In this document: positions 1-11,155 of the stretch, piece after piece
Layout of the letters: each line of letters opens with the position of its first letter
Position numbering within the stretch: the first letter of the stretch is position 1
Notes under the pieces: generated by a model
Database searches by the model: none
Told to the model about the DNA's origin: nothing
What the model saw: only the letters and a program-made list of their open reading frames with translations
DNA from: Microcoleus sp.
GTDB lineage: Bacteria > Cyanobacteriota > Cyanobacteriia > Cyanobacteriales > Microcoleaceae
Direction of reading: 5' to 3'
Assembly: GCA_052279835.1 (NCBI GenBank)
Contig: CP181291.1
Location: forward strand, 2,784,001-2,848,000
DNA: 64,000 nt
Position numbers and translations under genes: made by a program

Positions 1-11
1 AAAATCGACAT
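1..11 (-). other. Probable start of a minus-strand gene running off the left edge
   Basis: Reverse complement reads ATG TCG ATT TT..., preceded by an SD-like CAGGGGAAT. Only 11 nt are visible. Confidence 0.3.
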
Positions 12-719
12 TGTTTATATTCCCCTGATAAGTTGACAACACACAAAAAAAATAGCCTTAATTTTGGCTATAAGCAAAATGCGCAGGATTTAGAATGCCG
101 ATGTGTTGCCGAAACTCGCCAAAAGATTTCAAGGTAAAATAAGTGATACTTATGATTCCTTGATTATCAGCTTAGTCTTCGACTTGCTTTTACAGCAATT
201 CAATTCGTTTGCAGATGCTTGTCACCCTGAAATTGAAAGTCAGAACAGATATATGAATATGATGTATTCGATTTTTGGTAGAACTTTTATCTAGACGGTT
301 AGCATTGTACCTGAATTTTAGAGATATGTTGCATTTTTTTTATAAAGATTTTGCTTTCCGCCTGCTGTAAAGCTAACCTCACGGGATTAAAAGAAAGTGA
401 GAGCAAAAGGAAGAAAAAACAAGAAATCAGCAAAAAAAAGCCATAAAATAGATGTTTTCAGCCATTAACAAACCCTTGATGCCCATCCCCCATGCCCCGA
501 CACACTATATCCGCATAACCACTTAACAGGTTAAAATATTTATACCAACCCCCAAGGAGGTTCTATAATTCTGTCATTCCGATCCTTGACAAGGTTCAGG
601 AGAGTGAAAAATCTCGGAGGGAGATACTTCGCTACACTAGGTGTCGCTCAGTATGACAAATATATCAACTGTCTTGAGGGTTGCCCGATCGCATCTACTT
701 AACAAGGGAACATAAAAAA

Positions 720-1136
720 ATGAATCGTCCTCAAAGTGTTAATATTCTGGCAATTTTACAGCTAATCAGTGCTGTTTTTAGTCTGCTTGATGGCTTATTT
801 ATCTTATTTTTTGCTGGTATTTTTGGTGGCATTGGTGCTGTTGTTGGTGGCGCAAAAGTCGGCACGGTCATCGGGGGGGTTATTGCCATATTTGCCGCGA
901 TAAGTCTGATTTTAGGAGTTATTTCTTTAGTTTTAACTTGGGGTTTGTTTCAACTCAAAACTTGGGCTTGGACAGGAACATTAATTGTCCATGTCATTGC
1001 TACCCTTGCACAGGTGGCGAAAATGTTTGGTAGTGGTGGTACTGCGGTCAACTTTTTGACTCTCGGTTTTGCGATCGCTACCATTTACTACTTACTGCGA
1101 TCGGAAGTTAAACAGGCTTTCGCGATCGCACCATAG
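720..1136 (+). CDS. Small multi-pass membrane protein of unknown function
   Basis: ATG at 720 within ORF 681..1136. MNRPQSVNILAIL start, about 4 hydrophobic segments, GLFQLKTWAW motif. Confidence 0.75.
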   Translation: MNRPQSVNILAILQLISAVFSLLDGLFILFFAGIFGGIGAVVGGAKVGTVIGGVIAIFAAISLILGVISLVLTWGLFQLKTWAWTGTLIVHVIATLAQVAKMFGSGGTAVNFLTLGFAIATIYYLLRSEVKQAFAIAP

Positions 1137-1215
1137 CCATCTTATTTGATTATTCCCTTCTAACTTGTCCCAAATTGACCGATAATCAAAGATTGTCCAA
1201 TATCCACAAATTCCC

Positions 1216-2232
1216 ATGAGTACAAAAAAAGCTACAGATTTAATTAACCAACCAATTCGAGTAGGCGTCTTGGGTTATGGCGGACTCGGCCAAGCAGCCG
1301 CCCGTTTACTCGCTCCCAAACGGGAAATGCTCTGGGTAGCCGCCGCCGACCAAAAAGGTTACGCCTATGCCGCTGAAGGCTTAAATTCTAAAGATTGCGA
1401 AGCTATTTATAAATCTCAAGGTTCTTTAGGTTATTTGGAACCTGCGGGAATTTTGAGCGATCGCAGCATTCAAGAATTGATCCAAACAGCCCAAGGAGTA
1501 GACGGCTATTTTCTCGCATTACCAAATCTTCCCAACACATTCATGGCATCCGTAGCCAGACAATTTATCGAATCCGGCTGGAAAGGAGTATTAGTAGATG
1601 CCATCAAACGCACCAGCGCCGTCGAACAAATTCTCGCCCTCAAAGACGAACTTCAAGCAGCAGGAATTACCTACATGACAGGCTGCGGTGCAACACCAGG
1701 GTTACTAACAGCAGCCGCAGCATTAGCAGCTCAAAGTTTCGCAGAAGTGCACAGCGTCAAAATCACCTTTGGAGTCGGAATTGCCAATTGGGAAGCTTAT
1801 CGAGCCACCATTCGCGAAGACATCGCCCATTTGCCCGGTTATGACGTACCGAAAGCTCAAGCCATGTCTGATGCAGAAGTAGAAGCGCTGTTAGATACCA
1901 CCAACGGTTTATTGAAGCTGGAAAATATGGAACACGCCGATGATATCATGTTGGAATTGGCGGGAATTTGCGATCGCGATCGAGTCACCGTCGGCGGCAT
2001 AGTTGATACCCGCAATCCCAAGAAACCCCTGAGCACCAACGTTCAAATTACCGGCCGCACCTTCGAGGGCAAAATCTCCACTCACACCTTTACTTTAGGT
2101 GACGAAACCAGCATGGCTGCCAACGTTTGTGGTCCCGCATTCGGTTATCTAAAAGCAGGTTTAATGCTGCAAAGAAAAGGCATTTCCGGCTTATTCACCG
2201 CCGCTGAAATCATGCCTCAATTTGTCAGGTAA
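1216..2232 (+). CDS. bioU: BioU, (S)-8-amino-7-oxononanoate-converting dehydrogenase of biotin synthesis (BioA substitute)
   Basis: Rossmann motif [10 protein letters not shown], plus [23 protein letters not shown] and [12 protein letters not shown], as recalled for cyanobacterial BioU. Confidence 0.85.
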   Translation: MSTKKATDLINQPIRVGVLGYGGLGQAAARLLAPKREMLWVAAADQKGYAYAAEGLNSKDCEAIYKSQGSLGYLEPAGILSDRSIQELIQTAQGVDGYFLALPNLPNTFMASVARQFIESGWKGVLVDAIKRTSAVEQILALKDELQAAGITYMTGCGATPGLLTAAAALAAQSFAEVHSVKITFGVGIANWEAYRATIREDIAHLPGYDVPKAQAMSDAEVEALLDTTNGLLKLENMEHADDIMLELAGICDRDRVTVGGIVDTRNPKKPLSTNVQITGRTFEGKISTHTFTLGDETSMAANVCGPAFGYLKAGLMLQRKGISGLFTAAEIMPQFVR

Positions 2233-2406
2233 TACCAATTTAATGGGTCGTTGCACAGATCTCGATCCCCCTCGCATCCCCACCCCCCCCTGCCCCCCCC
2301 AAGGGGGGATGGGGGAAGGGGGACGAAAGAGAAGAATCTTGTCCCCCCCTTATTAAGGGGGGCTAGGGGGGATCAGATTCTACGGGGCCTCATAAAAAAT
2401 TGGTAT
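2233..2406. repeat. Palindromic dispersed repeat (MITE/SDR-like)
   Basis: Terminal TACCAATTT...AAATTGGTA with internal C/G-run hairpins (CCCCCCTTATTAAGGGGGG). Related copies at ~54535-54638 and ~59616-59720. Confidence 0.6.
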
Positions 2407-2454
2407 AAGCTAAAAATCATCGTCCTGGACGCACTTCAATCTAAGAAACATCCA

Positions 2455-2518
2455 AGAAACCGGGTTTTTAGCGATATTAAAGACTATAACCAGTATTCTC
2501 GAAAAAACCCGGTTTCTG
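2455..2518. repeat. Dispersed inverted repeat AGAAACCGGGTTTTT...AAAAACCCGGTTTCT
   Basis: The same IR pair recurs at ~38759-38822 and ~42992-43054. Confidence 0.65.
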
Positions 2519-2591
2519 GCCACCCACTGCGATCCAAAAAAGTTCAGGTATTCTGTCACTAATTCACGCCTACACCAATTGAGGAAAAACC

Positions 2592-3195
2592 ATGACAACC
2601 CTGCTAATTCAAACCCAAAGCGTCCCAATGACGATCGATCTTCCTGCGATCGAACCAATGACTGTTGAACAGTTCTATGAATTCTGTCTAGCCAATCGCG
2701 ATTTGAGAATCGAACGTACTGCCAATGGAGAAGTTATCATTATGTCACCAGCCTTTTCCGATACAGGGAACCGCAACATTAAAATTGCTCAGCAACTTGC
2801 AAACTGGGCAGAAGAAGATGGCACAGGTGAAACATTTGACTCCAGTGCAGGCTTTACCTTACCCAATGGAGCAACCCGCTCCCCCGATGCCTCATGGATT
2901 AAACTAGAGCGCTGGAATGCCTTAACTGAAGCACAAAAAGCCTCATTTGCACCGATTTGTCCAGACTTTGTGATTGAATTACGGTCTTCTAGCGATACTC
3001 TCAAAGGATTGCAAAACAAGATGCAAGAATATATTGACAACGGTGTATCACTCGGCTTGTTGATCGATCGCAAAAACCGAAAAGTCTACATCTACCGTCC
3101 CAATCGAGAAACTGGAAATCTTGGATAATCCCGAAACAGTGAGCGCCGATCCAGAGTTAACAGGATTTGTCTTACGGATGGCCAAAATCTGGTGA
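2592..3195 (+). pseudogene. Uma2 (DUF820) family endonuclease with a +1 frameshift near the 3' end
   Basis: Motifs FDSSAGFTLPNGATRSPDASW and PDFVIELRS. Frame 0 stops at 3128, but the typical C-terminus LEILDNPETVSADPELTGFVLRMAKIW* continues in the +1 frame from 3112 to 3195. Confidence 0.75.
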
Positions 3196-4017
3196 ATCGT
3201 CTGCATCAGGATCGATACCCATTGCTAGCAGTCTTTCTGCAAGTCGCGCCGCTTTTTGTTCCGCCCTTTGAGCACGTTGATGTTCTTGTTCAGCACGTTG
3301 ACGCTCCTGTTGTGTTCTGAGTTTTTCAAGTTCAGCCCTTTCATCACCAATTAATAACAAATTCCCCTGACTATCCCACCACCGCAACCAAAGTTGCGTT
3401 TGATTTTGATAACTTCCCTGCCAAAGTCCCAACTCAATTTCTAATGGTTCAATCGGATAGTGACCCCGTTGATTAGGTTCGAGTTTTTGATAAGCAAAAT
3501 CTCTCAAATGATAGACTTCTAATCGCTCGTTGCTCATCTCATAAATGCCGTAGTAAGGAATCCGAATAATTTGCTCATAAACCCAAAACTTACCCGGTTT
3601 TTGCACCTCTCCTTCATCCGTCATCAACAAAGGAGTGGCATCTCGTTCTTCATTGCCATTTCCGCTGGCAAATTCCAAAGCAATTAAAGGTGCTAAATGT
3701 TCTCGCCACAGCACGTAAGAACGGCGATATTTTCCCTGTTCCGGGCCTGCTGAAACATTCGGCACGTAGAACCAATCAGGAGCTTCTGCCCCTTTTTCCG
3801 GTGGCTCAGTTTCCCGCCAATAAATCCCAGAATCTTGTCCGATGCAGTAGCGTCCGTCGGGATGTCGCCGTTGCAAAACAAGTCCGATGGAATCAGTGAG
3901 AATTATACTTTGAGGATGCTCCTGAAAATTTTTCACGAAAGTACCGTCAGACTCAGGAAGTTGTGTATGATCTGGAAATTGGGGAGGCAGATCTATGTCA
4001 ATTAATGTTTCCGACAT
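3172..4017 (-). CDS. Uma2 family endonuclease with C-terminal coiled coil
   Basis: LPESDGTFVKNFQEHPQ, APDWFYVP, IALEFAS, WLRWWD, and an E/Q/R-rich tail. Confidence 0.85.
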   Translation of the reverse strand: MSETLIDIDLPPQFPDHTQLPESDGTFVKNFQEHPQSIILTDSIGLVLQRRHPDGRYCIGQDSGIYWRETEPPEKGAEAPDWFYVPNVSAGPEQGKYRRSYVLWREHLAPLIALEFASGNGNEERDATPLLMTDEGEVQKPGKFWVYEQIIRIPYYGIYEMSNERLEVYHLRDFAYQKLEPNQRGHYPIEPLEIELGLWQGSYQNQTQLWLRWWDSQGNLLLIGDERAELEKLRTQQERQRAEQEHQRAQRAEQKAARLAERLLAMGIDPDADDSPDFGHP

Positions 4018-4143
4018 AATTTTAGGGCGATCGGAGCTATTGCTGGTTATTTTATCATAATTTATGGCGAGGGTAATCCAATTAGATGGAAAATTTTTCT
4101 CTCTTTTTTTGTAGATTCTTAGATGATCATCTAAATTATTTGC

Positions 4144-4758
4144 CTACAACTCATAACTCTCTTCACCAATATTTCCCACTTCCCCACTACCCAGAAACTC
4201 TTCCTCATCTACTTCCTCAATTCCAGAGTCGAAACTTTCCACCACAAACGGCAAACCAGCCCCCATCAAACCCCGCTGAATCAGTTCCGGCGTTTCATCA
4301 AACAACACAAATAAAGGATGAATAGCCTCAGCTTTATCGCTAAAAATATGCCTGTAACGATATGGCATCACCCACTCATAGTCTTTATCTAGCCAAACCT
4401 GACACTGCCGCCAACGGGCAAGTAACTCAGAAAACTCCTCATCCGGGCGATGAATAAAAATCAAAATTTCCACCCCAATTTTAACTTTCCATTCAGGATC
4501 GCACATCAAAATTACCAAATCGCAGGGTAAGCCAACTGCCTGTCCAGCCGATATACTAGCGCCACCGATTCCCGCATAGGAAACGCCATCCCGCAGCCGC
4601 GCAATGGGCAAAGGAATTGCTATCAAACTATCATCGCTCCGACGGATACTCGGAACCATTTCCATGTAGAGTCGATACTTCTTAAGCAGTTCAAGGGCGG
4701 CCGAAGATTCACTGTATTGTGCTAGTAACGCTTCGTAATTATATTGTTTAATAAACAT
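4144..4758 (-). CDS. Conserved cyanobacterial hypothetical protein downstream of pilC
   Basis: 204-aa ORF co-oriented with pilBTC. LPCDLVILMCDPEWKVK motif and an acidic tail. Confidence 0.75.
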   Translation of the reverse strand: MFIKQYNYEALLAQYSESSAALELLKKYRLYMEMVPSIRRSDDSLIAIPLPIARLRDGVSYAGIGGASISAGQAVGLPCDLVILMCDPEWKVKIGVEILIFIHRPDEEFSELLARWRQCQVWLDKDYEWVMPYRYRHIFSDKAEAIHPLFVLFDETPELIQRGLMGAGLPFVVESFDSGIEEVDEEEFLGSGEVGNIGEESYEL

Positions 4759-4773
4759 TTTAAAATCAGGATT

Positions 4774-4895
4774 TATTAGTTATTACTTACTTGTTATTAG
4801 TTATTAGCTGTTTAGTTACTGGTTACTGATTACTGGTTATTAATTATTCGCACCAACAAATAACCAATAACCAATAACAAATAACACATAACAAA
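4774..4895. repeat. Degenerate heptamer STRR-like repeats in inverted arrangement
   Basis: TTATTAG/TTACTGG units followed by TAACCAA/TAACAAA units. Confidence 0.55.
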
Positions 4896-4905
4896 TGACT
4901 GTTTT

Positions 4906-6033
4906 TTACAGCTTCTGAAACACTGCAAACATGGGCAGATACATAGACAGCAAAATCGAACCTACGATACCACCGACGACCACAATCATCAGTGGTTCTA
5001 GCATACTCGTCAGTCCTTTTACTGCTTCTTCCACTTCCGTTTCGTAGAAAGCGCCAACTTTCATCAGCATCTTGTCAAGTTCCCCTGTTTCTTCGCCAAT
5101 TGCCATCATCTGAATTGCCAAGGATGGGAATACTTTTTGTTCTTGCAAAGCAATACTAATCATGCCACCGCTTTGAATTTCTTGTCTTGCATATTCGATC
5201 GCGTTTGAGATAGCCTGATTCCCAGCCACATCTCGCACAATTTCCAAAGAGTTGAGAATCGGTACACCCGATCGCGTCAGCGACCCAAATATCACACAAA
5301 ATCGAGCCACAGCAGATTTTTCGATCAAATCTCCAAAAATCGGCGCCTTCATCATCATCTTATCAACTTGCAGGTGACCTACGGGAGTTTTGTAGTACAT
5401 ATCGAAGGCAAATTTTAGCGCTATAATCACCCCAATAACAGTCAACTGTTGGATGGGGGGCCAAGCGGTACAAAACGCACTAATTGCCAACATAAACAAC
5501 GTAAAAGCAGGCAAATCTGCACCAATATCCTTAAAGATTTTCGCAAAAGTTGGTAGCAGAAATATCGTCATTGCGAAAAAAATGATAATCGCGATGGAAA
5601 ACACAGTCTTCGGATAAGACATAGCAGAATTAATTTCCGCCTCTGTTTTGTGATTTTTTTCCATCATCACAGCCAGACGGTCTAGGGTTTCATCTAACAC
5701 ACCCCCGACTTCTCCAGCAGCCACCATACTGATAAACAGTTGGTCAAAAACATCAGGAAACTTCGCCATTGCTTCTGCCAAGTTTATCCCTTCTTGTACG
5801 TCAGCATTCATGCTCCTGAGCGCTCGTTTCAACTTAGGATTAGAACACTGTTCGTGCAAAACAGAAAGACATCTAACGATGGCGACCCCTGCATTAAACA
5901 TAGCCGCAAACTGACGAGCAAAAATAGCTAAATCTTTAACAGTAACACTGCTAAAAGTGTACTCTATTTGCTCTTGAATTTGTTCAAAACTAAAACTGCC
6001 TTTAGGCTTTTCGCGGATTACATTGGTAGCCAT
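4906..6033 (-). CDS. pilC: Type IV pilus inner-membrane platform protein PilC (GspF family)
   Basis: FARQFAAMFNAGV, AGEVGGVLD, IGEETGELDKML and EPLMIVVVG; follows pilB-pilT. Confidence 0.95.
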   Translation of the reverse strand: MATNVIREKPKGSFSFEQIQEQIEYTFSSVTVKDLAIFARQFAAMFNAGVAIVRCLSVLHEQCSNPKLKRALRSMNADVQEGINLAEAMAKFPDVFDQLFISMVAAGEVGGVLDETLDRLAVMMEKNHKTEAEINSAMSYPKTVFSIAIIIFFAMTIFLLPTFAKIFKDIGADLPAFTLFMLAISAFCTAWPPIQQLTVIGVIIALKFAFDMYYKTPVGHLQVDKMMMKAPIFGDLIEKSAVARFCVIFGSLTRSGVPILNSLEIVRDVAGNQAISNAIEYARQEIQSGGMISIALQEQKVFPSLAIQMMAIGEETGELDKMLMKVGAFYETEVEEAVKGLTSMLEPLMIVVVGGIVGSILLSMYLPMFAVFQKL

Positions 6034-6072
6034 ACATTACCTGTGAAATTTTATGAAAAATTAGTAATCATT

Positions 6073-6470
6073 AGTTATTGGTTATTGGTTATTGGTTACT
6101 CGTTATTGGTTATTGGTTATTGGTTATTGGTTACTCGTTATTGGTTATTGGTTATTGGTTATTGGTTACTCGTTATTGGTTATTGGTTATTGGTTATTGG
6201 TTACTCGTTATTGGTTATTGGTTATTGGTTATTGGTTACTCGTCATTGGTTATTAGTTCTTGGTTCTTGGTTCTTGGTTATTTGCAATTCCCAATTCCCA
6301 ATTCCCAATTCCCAATTCCCAATTCCCAATTCCCAATTCCCAATTCCCAATTCCCAATTCCCAATTCCCAATTCCCAATTCCCAATTCCCAATTCCCAAT
6401 TCCCAATTCCCAATTCCCAATTCCCAATTCCCAATTCCCAATTCCCAATTCCCAATTCCCAATTCCCAAT
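6073..6470. repeat. Two abutting STRR heptamer arrays, (GGTTATT)n then (AATTCCC)n, between pilT and pilC
   Basis: GGTTATT units with variants at ~6073-6282, then about 26 perfect AATTCCC copies at 6286-6470. Confidence 0.95.
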
Positions 6471-6477
6471 AACTGAA

Positions 6478-7572
6478 TTAATGACCGCCTGTCTTTGCAC
6501 CAATGGGTGCCGGGCCAATCAAGCGTTCGAGTTCATCAGCCTTAGAAGCCTTAGCCATTGCCGATTCCCAAGTGACTTTACCAGTTTTGTAAAGTTCAGC
6601 TAAAGCCATTTCCATTGTCCTCATACCCAACTTCGCCCCCATTTGGATTTGAGAGTAAATCATGGGAGTTTTCCCCTCCCGGATCAAGTTAGCCATAGCA
6701 GGAGTATTCACCATGATTTCCATAGCGCAGCAACGGCCACCACCAACTTTCAGAACTAAATTTTGGCTGCAAATTCCCACCAACGAGTTAGACACCTGAG
6801 CCCGAACCTGGGGTTGTTGAATGGGCGGGAACACGTCCAAAATCCGATCGATCGTAGCAGCCGCAGAATTAGTGTGCAGCGTTCCCATTACCATGTGACC
6901 TGTTTCCGCAGCCGAAATTGCCAGACCGATAGTTTCCAAGTCGCGCATTTCCCCCACCAGAATCACATCAGGATCTTCCCGCAGAGCAGCCTTCAGCGCA
7001 TTAGAGAAGCTCTTAGTATCCTCGCCCTTTTGACGCTGGTGAAACAAACTCTTAACATTGGGAAACACATATTCGATCGGGTCTTCAACTGTCAGAATAT
7101 GTTCTGCCCGCGTCCGGTTGACCAGATCCAACAAAGCCGCCATCGTCGTTGTTTTCCCAGAACCCGTTTGTCCCGTCACCAACAGCATACCTCTGGGTCT
7201 TTCCGTCAGATCCCGCAAAATCTGAGGCACACCTAAAGCATCGGCGTTCGGAATCTTAGAAGCCAGAGCCCGCAAACAAGCAGCCCAAGCACCCCGTTCG
7301 CGGTAAACGTTCACCCGGAACCGAGCCAAACCCTTCACCCCATAAGCGCAGTCTAATTCCCACTCCATTTCCAATTGCTTGCGCTGCATATTGTTGAGCA
7401 TTTGGAAGATCAGGATCTGCACTTCCTCAGCCGACATAATTTCGCCGTATTGTGGCTGAGGAGTTAGTCTCCCGCTCACCCGGAAGAAAATAGGTGCGCC
7501 CGCTTGGATGTGTATATCTGAACCCCCTTGCTCTACCAGGGACTCCAGTACGTCTTCAATCATCAGACCCAT
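6478..7572 (-). CDS. pilT: Type IV pilus retraction ATPase PilT
   Basis: Walker [40 protein letters not shown] and the ANLIRE motif. Confidence 0.95.
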   Translation of the reverse strand: MGLMIEDVLESLVEQGGSDIHIQAGAPIFFRVSGRLTPQPQYGEIMSAEEVQILIFQMLNNMQRKQLEMEWELDCAYGVKGLARFRVNVYRERGAWAACLRALASKIPNADALGVPQILRDLTERPRGMLLVTGQTGSGKTTTMAALLDLVNRTRAEHILTVEDPIEYVFPNVKSLFHQRQKGEDTKSFSNALKAALREDPDVILVGEMRDLETIGLAISAAETGHMVMGTLHTNSAAATIDRILDVFPPIQQPQVRAQVSNSLVGICSQNLVLKVGGGRCCAMEIMVNTPAMANLIREGKTPMIYSQIQMGAKLGMRTMEMALAELYKTGKVTWESAMAKASKADELERLIGPAPIGAKTGGH

Positions 7573-7719
7573 AGATATGTCTCCCTAATCAAGTTGATAG
7601 TTATTGACCAATTTAACTCAGTTGTCTGTTGTCTGTTGAGTGTTGGTAGTTAGCAGTTGACTGTTGAGTGTTGGCTGTTATTACTGGTTTTTCTAATAAC
7701 CAATAACTGCTGAATCAAT

Positions 7720-9720
7720 CTAAAAAACGCGCGGAGTCAAACAGTACGGACAATCCAGCATCTCCGGCTTCAATTCCGCCTGACAAGTCTTGCAAGTTAG
7801 TCCCTGCTTGCGTTTCGCTTTCAATTCTGCCTCCAGCCCAGAGTCGGTAAAAGTCACCCGCTCCACTTCTTCAAAGGTAGTCGCCCCTTCTCGCACTAAC
7901 TGCAAGCTATAAGCCAACAAGGTTTTCATCCCTTCTTCTACTGCTGCTTCCTTAATTTGCTCTGTGGGAGCACCTTGAGTAATCAGAGCTTGCAGCCGCT
8001 CAGTATTTTTCAGGAACTCGTAAACCCCTACCCGTCCTTTGTAGCCGATACCACCGCACTTGGTACAAAGTTGATCCCGGTCTGCCAATTCCTTCCTCTG
8101 TTCAACTGCTATGGTGTTAGCTTTGTACACAGTCAGATCCATTTCTTGAGAAGCCGACAGACCGTACCGACCGAGTTCTTCGGCCGTGGGCTGGTAAGGA
8201 ATGCGACATTTGTCACAAACCCGGCGCATCAAACGCTGAGCCAACACGCCTAACAAAGCTGCCGAAACCATGAAGGGTTCTACGCCCATTTCGTCCAAAC
8301 GGGCGATCGCACCGGCCGCATCATTAGTGTGGAGCGTAGTCAACACCAAGTGTCCGGTCAAAGCAGCTTCCAGAGCGGTTTTCGCCGTTTCTTTATCCCG
8401 CGTTTCCCCCACCAGCAGCACGTCAGGGTCTTGCCGCAAAAACGCCCGCAGAATATTGGAAAAAGTCAAGTCTTTTTCCCGAATTACTTGACACTGGGTA
8501 ATTCCGGGCAAAGCATATTCGATCGGGTCTTCCGCCGTACTGATATTAATCCCCGGATCATTCTTTTCTGCCAGAATGGAATAGAGAGAAGTGGACTTAC
8601 CCGAACCCGTCGGCCCAGTCACCAAAATCAGTCCGAAGGGACGACTGGCAGTTTCTCGCACCAAAGCCAGAGTTTCTTGATCCGAGATTAACAAACCCAG
8701 ACCCAACTGAGTGCTGGAACTGTCCAAAATCCGCAGCACAATTTTTTCGCCGTAACGAGAAGGCAAGCTATTTACCCGGAAATCCACCGTCCGTCCTTCA
8801 AATACCCGGCGGATGCGACCATCTTGAGCTTGTCTGCGTTCAGCAATGTCCAAATTGGCAATAATTTTGAAGCGGGCAGTAATCCCTTGCACCACTTGTT
8901 TGGGAAATCGGAAATATTCTTGCAGCACCCCGTCCTTCCGCATCCGAATCCGCATGAACTCTTCTTGAGGTTCTACGTGGATGTCAGACACTTTTTCCGA
9001 TAAAGCTTTAGCCAAAATGACGTTGACCGCTTTGATTACAGGAGCTTGGTCTACATCGTTTATGGTGTCAGCTATATCTTCGGTATCGGCAGAAACTTCT
9101 TCTAAGGAGAGTTCGCCAAAGTCTCCATCCCCTAGGGAGAGCTTTCTCTCCTTTTCGGCTTCAGCCATTTTGGCTGCTATCTTAACTTGGTCTTCTTGAT
9201 AGGCAGAAGTAATGTCTTGATAGTCATCTGGGGTAATCACCCGTCGCTGAAAACTCAACCCTTTCAAAATCCGCCGCAAATCTTCTTGAGCATCCAGGTT
9301 GTCAGGATCGACCATTGCCACTACCAGCGCCGGAGGTTCAGTTTCTGTCTTCGCCACAGGCAAAAACCGACGTTGACGACAGATGTCGATCGACATTTTC
9401 AACTCATCGAGCATTGCTCCAAGTTGCTCGTTAGACAGTTCGCTCAATTCCGGGTCAAACGCTTCAACCCCATACACTATTTTGAGTTCAAACATCTGCT
9501 GCTTTTTGTAAAGCCGCAGCAATTCTGGCGGCAAGGGCAGCCCTGTAGCAGATTCTAGTACCTCCGTCAACCGCTTACCTGACTTCCGACTTTCAAGTTG
9601 AGCTTTTTTCAGTTGGTCACTGTTGACGTAACCAGACTGAATCATCTTGTTGAGAGCCGGAGTAAAATTGCTGATAGTAACTATAGATGTGGAGAAACGC
9701 CGATCGGATGTGTTACTCAT
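7720..9720 (-). CDS. pilB: Type IV pilus assembly ATPase PilB (GspE/PulE family)
   Basis: GPTGSGKST, LRQDPDVLLVGETRD, TTLHTND, and a C-terminal CxxC...CPYC extension typical of cyanobacterial PilB1. Confidence 0.95.
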   Translation of the reverse strand: MSNTSDRRFSTSIVTISNFTPALNKMIQSGYVNSDQLKKAQLESRKSGKRLTEVLESATGLPLPPELLRLYKKQQMFELKIVYGVEAFDPELSELSNEQLGAMLDELKMSIDICRQRRFLPVAKTETEPPALVVAMVDPDNLDAQEDLRRILKGLSFQRRVITPDDYQDITSAYQEDQVKIAAKMAEAEKERKLSLGDGDFGELSLEEVSADTEDIADTINDVDQAPVIKAVNVILAKALSEKVSDIHVEPQEEFMRIRMRKDGVLQEYFRFPKQVVQGITARFKIIANLDIAERRQAQDGRIRRVFEGRTVDFRVNSLPSRYGEKIVLRILDSSSTQLGLGLLISDQETLALVRETASRPFGLILVTGPTGSGKSTSLYSILAEKNDPGINISTAEDPIEYALPGITQCQVIREKDLTFSNILRAFLRQDPDVLLVGETRDKETAKTALEAALTGHLVLTTLHTNDAAGAIARLDEMGVEPFMVSAALLGVLAQRLMRRVCDKCRIPYQPTAEELGRYGLSASQEMDLTVYKANTIAVEQRKELADRDQLCTKCGGIGYKGRVGVYEFLKNTERLQALITQGAPTEQIKEAAVEEGMKTLLAYSLQLVREGATTFEEVERVTFTDSGLEAELKAKRKQGLTCKTCQAELKPEMLDCPYCLTPRVF

Positions 9721-10165
9721 TTACCTAAAACCCGCGGGAGACTCCCGTGATAGCAGAGAGGGCACAGCACTTGGGCATTGCCCTTACCGGGAGAGGAAAG
9801 CGGGGCGGGGTGTATCGCTTTCCAACGATAATTTTATATTCTGTTCTAGCAAGCTTGACGGGAATCTACCGGCCATAACTTAACATTGGTTCCCTCTTGC
9901 AACCAGAAGAGACTACTCTGGGGGCAACAGGCCTAACTTGTTGAATTTGACCGCAGGATGTTAAACATTGCCTGTTCTGTGATGATAGCTTTTAGAAAGC
10001 CTTCGATCGGTCTAGTGAGATATATTTTGATTAATCAACTGCCCATCCTCCGGTCCTCACCAAGGCCGATTTGAAGCAGGTCTAATTTGCCGTCAGCAAA
10101 TACTACACAGAGGGCGCGTCTCTTCCGACTGCTAGAATTGATAGGGTTCTGTCGCACAGATATAT

Positions 10166-10960
10166 ATGATTGACGAGGAAAAACAGCAACATCAAGATCC
10201 TAGCTCAACGGGGGAAACCCCAGAGAGTTCGCCAATGGTAAGCGAAAATCCGCCGCCAGCATCCGCAAACTCCAATGCAGCAGCCGATTGGGAGCTGGAA
10301 CTTGCTCAAGCTTATCAAAGTGCTCAGGTCGATCCCGGGGCGACTCACAATGCCGGGGAAACAGGCTCCTCTAGTTCCAGCAACAGCGTCACTGCTGATG
10401 CTACGGAGTTGCTCAAGAGAGAGCTGGCACAAGCAACCAGCGACAAAGAGAGTTTAAAAGCTCAGTTGCAAGCCTATTCTACTCAATTAGAAGATCTGAA
10501 AAATCAAAATCTCCGCTTAGCAGCAGATTTTGAAAACTTCCGCAGGCGCACCCAAAAAGAAAAAGAAGAGTTAGATTTACAGGCAAAATGTTTAATTATC
10601 AAACCCCTGTTGCCAGTAATCGATAACTTTGAGCGGGCAAGAGCCCACATTAAGCCACAAACAGATGGCGAAATGAACATACACAAAAGCTACCAAAGCG
10701 TTTACAAGCAAATGGTAGAATGCCTCAAACAAATCGGAGTTTCTCCGATGCGTCCAGAAGGTGAACAGTTTGACCCCAACCTCCACGAAGCTTTGCTCAG
10801 CGAACCAACTGACGAACAGGAGGAAGGCACAATCATCCAAGAACTAGAACGAGGCTATACTCTGGGCGATCGCGTCTTGCGGCACGCCAAAGTTAAAGTT
10901 GCAGCGCCGGGGCTATCTGTGGTAGCCTCAGATGACCATCCTGATAGTTCGGAAGGTTGA
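10166..10960 (+). CDS. grpE: Nucleotide exchange factor GrpE
   Basis: RLAADFENFRRR, LLPVIDNFERA, FDPNLHEA and GYTLGDRVLRHAKVKV. Confidence 0.95.
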   Translation: MIDEEKQQHQDPSSTGETPESSPMVSENPPPASANSNAAADWELELAQAYQSAQVDPGATHNAGETGSSSSSNSVTADATELLKRELAQATSDKESLKAQLQAYSTQLEDLKNQNLRLAADFENFRRRTQKEKEELDLQAKCLIIKPLLPVIDNFERARAHIKPQTDGEMNIHKSYQSVYKQMVECLKQIGVSPMRPEGEQFDPNLHEALLSEPTDEQEEGTIIQELERGYTLGDRVLRHAKVKVAAPGLSVVASDDHPDSSEG

Positions 10961-11155
10961 TCGGGATCAAACCTACTGCATTCTGGAAGCTGAAGCAGAG
11001 GCTACGTTCACATTTAAGAAACGTTGCAGTGCGATCGTCCCTAAAATATCGATAGCCTCAACGCTTCAAACTGTACAGGCCGTAACAGACCCCCGAATAG
11101 AATTCGGGGGTTTGAAAAATTTTTGTAAATATCCCACGAAGTTTTATGAGGCGCT

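Noticed and set aside
2251..2658. ORFs 2251..2562 (+) and 2410..2658 (-)
   Set aside because: They are composed largely of dispersed palindromic repeats.
5968..6603. Overlapping ORFs with [14 protein letters not shown] and FPIPNSQ repeats
   Set aside because: These are translations of STRR heptamer arrays that are open in several frames. The same applies to 62820..63116 and 63263..63451.
9720..10165. CIRCE element upstream of grpE-dnaK-dnaJ
   Set aside because: No TTAGCACTC-N9-GAGTGCTAA match was found.
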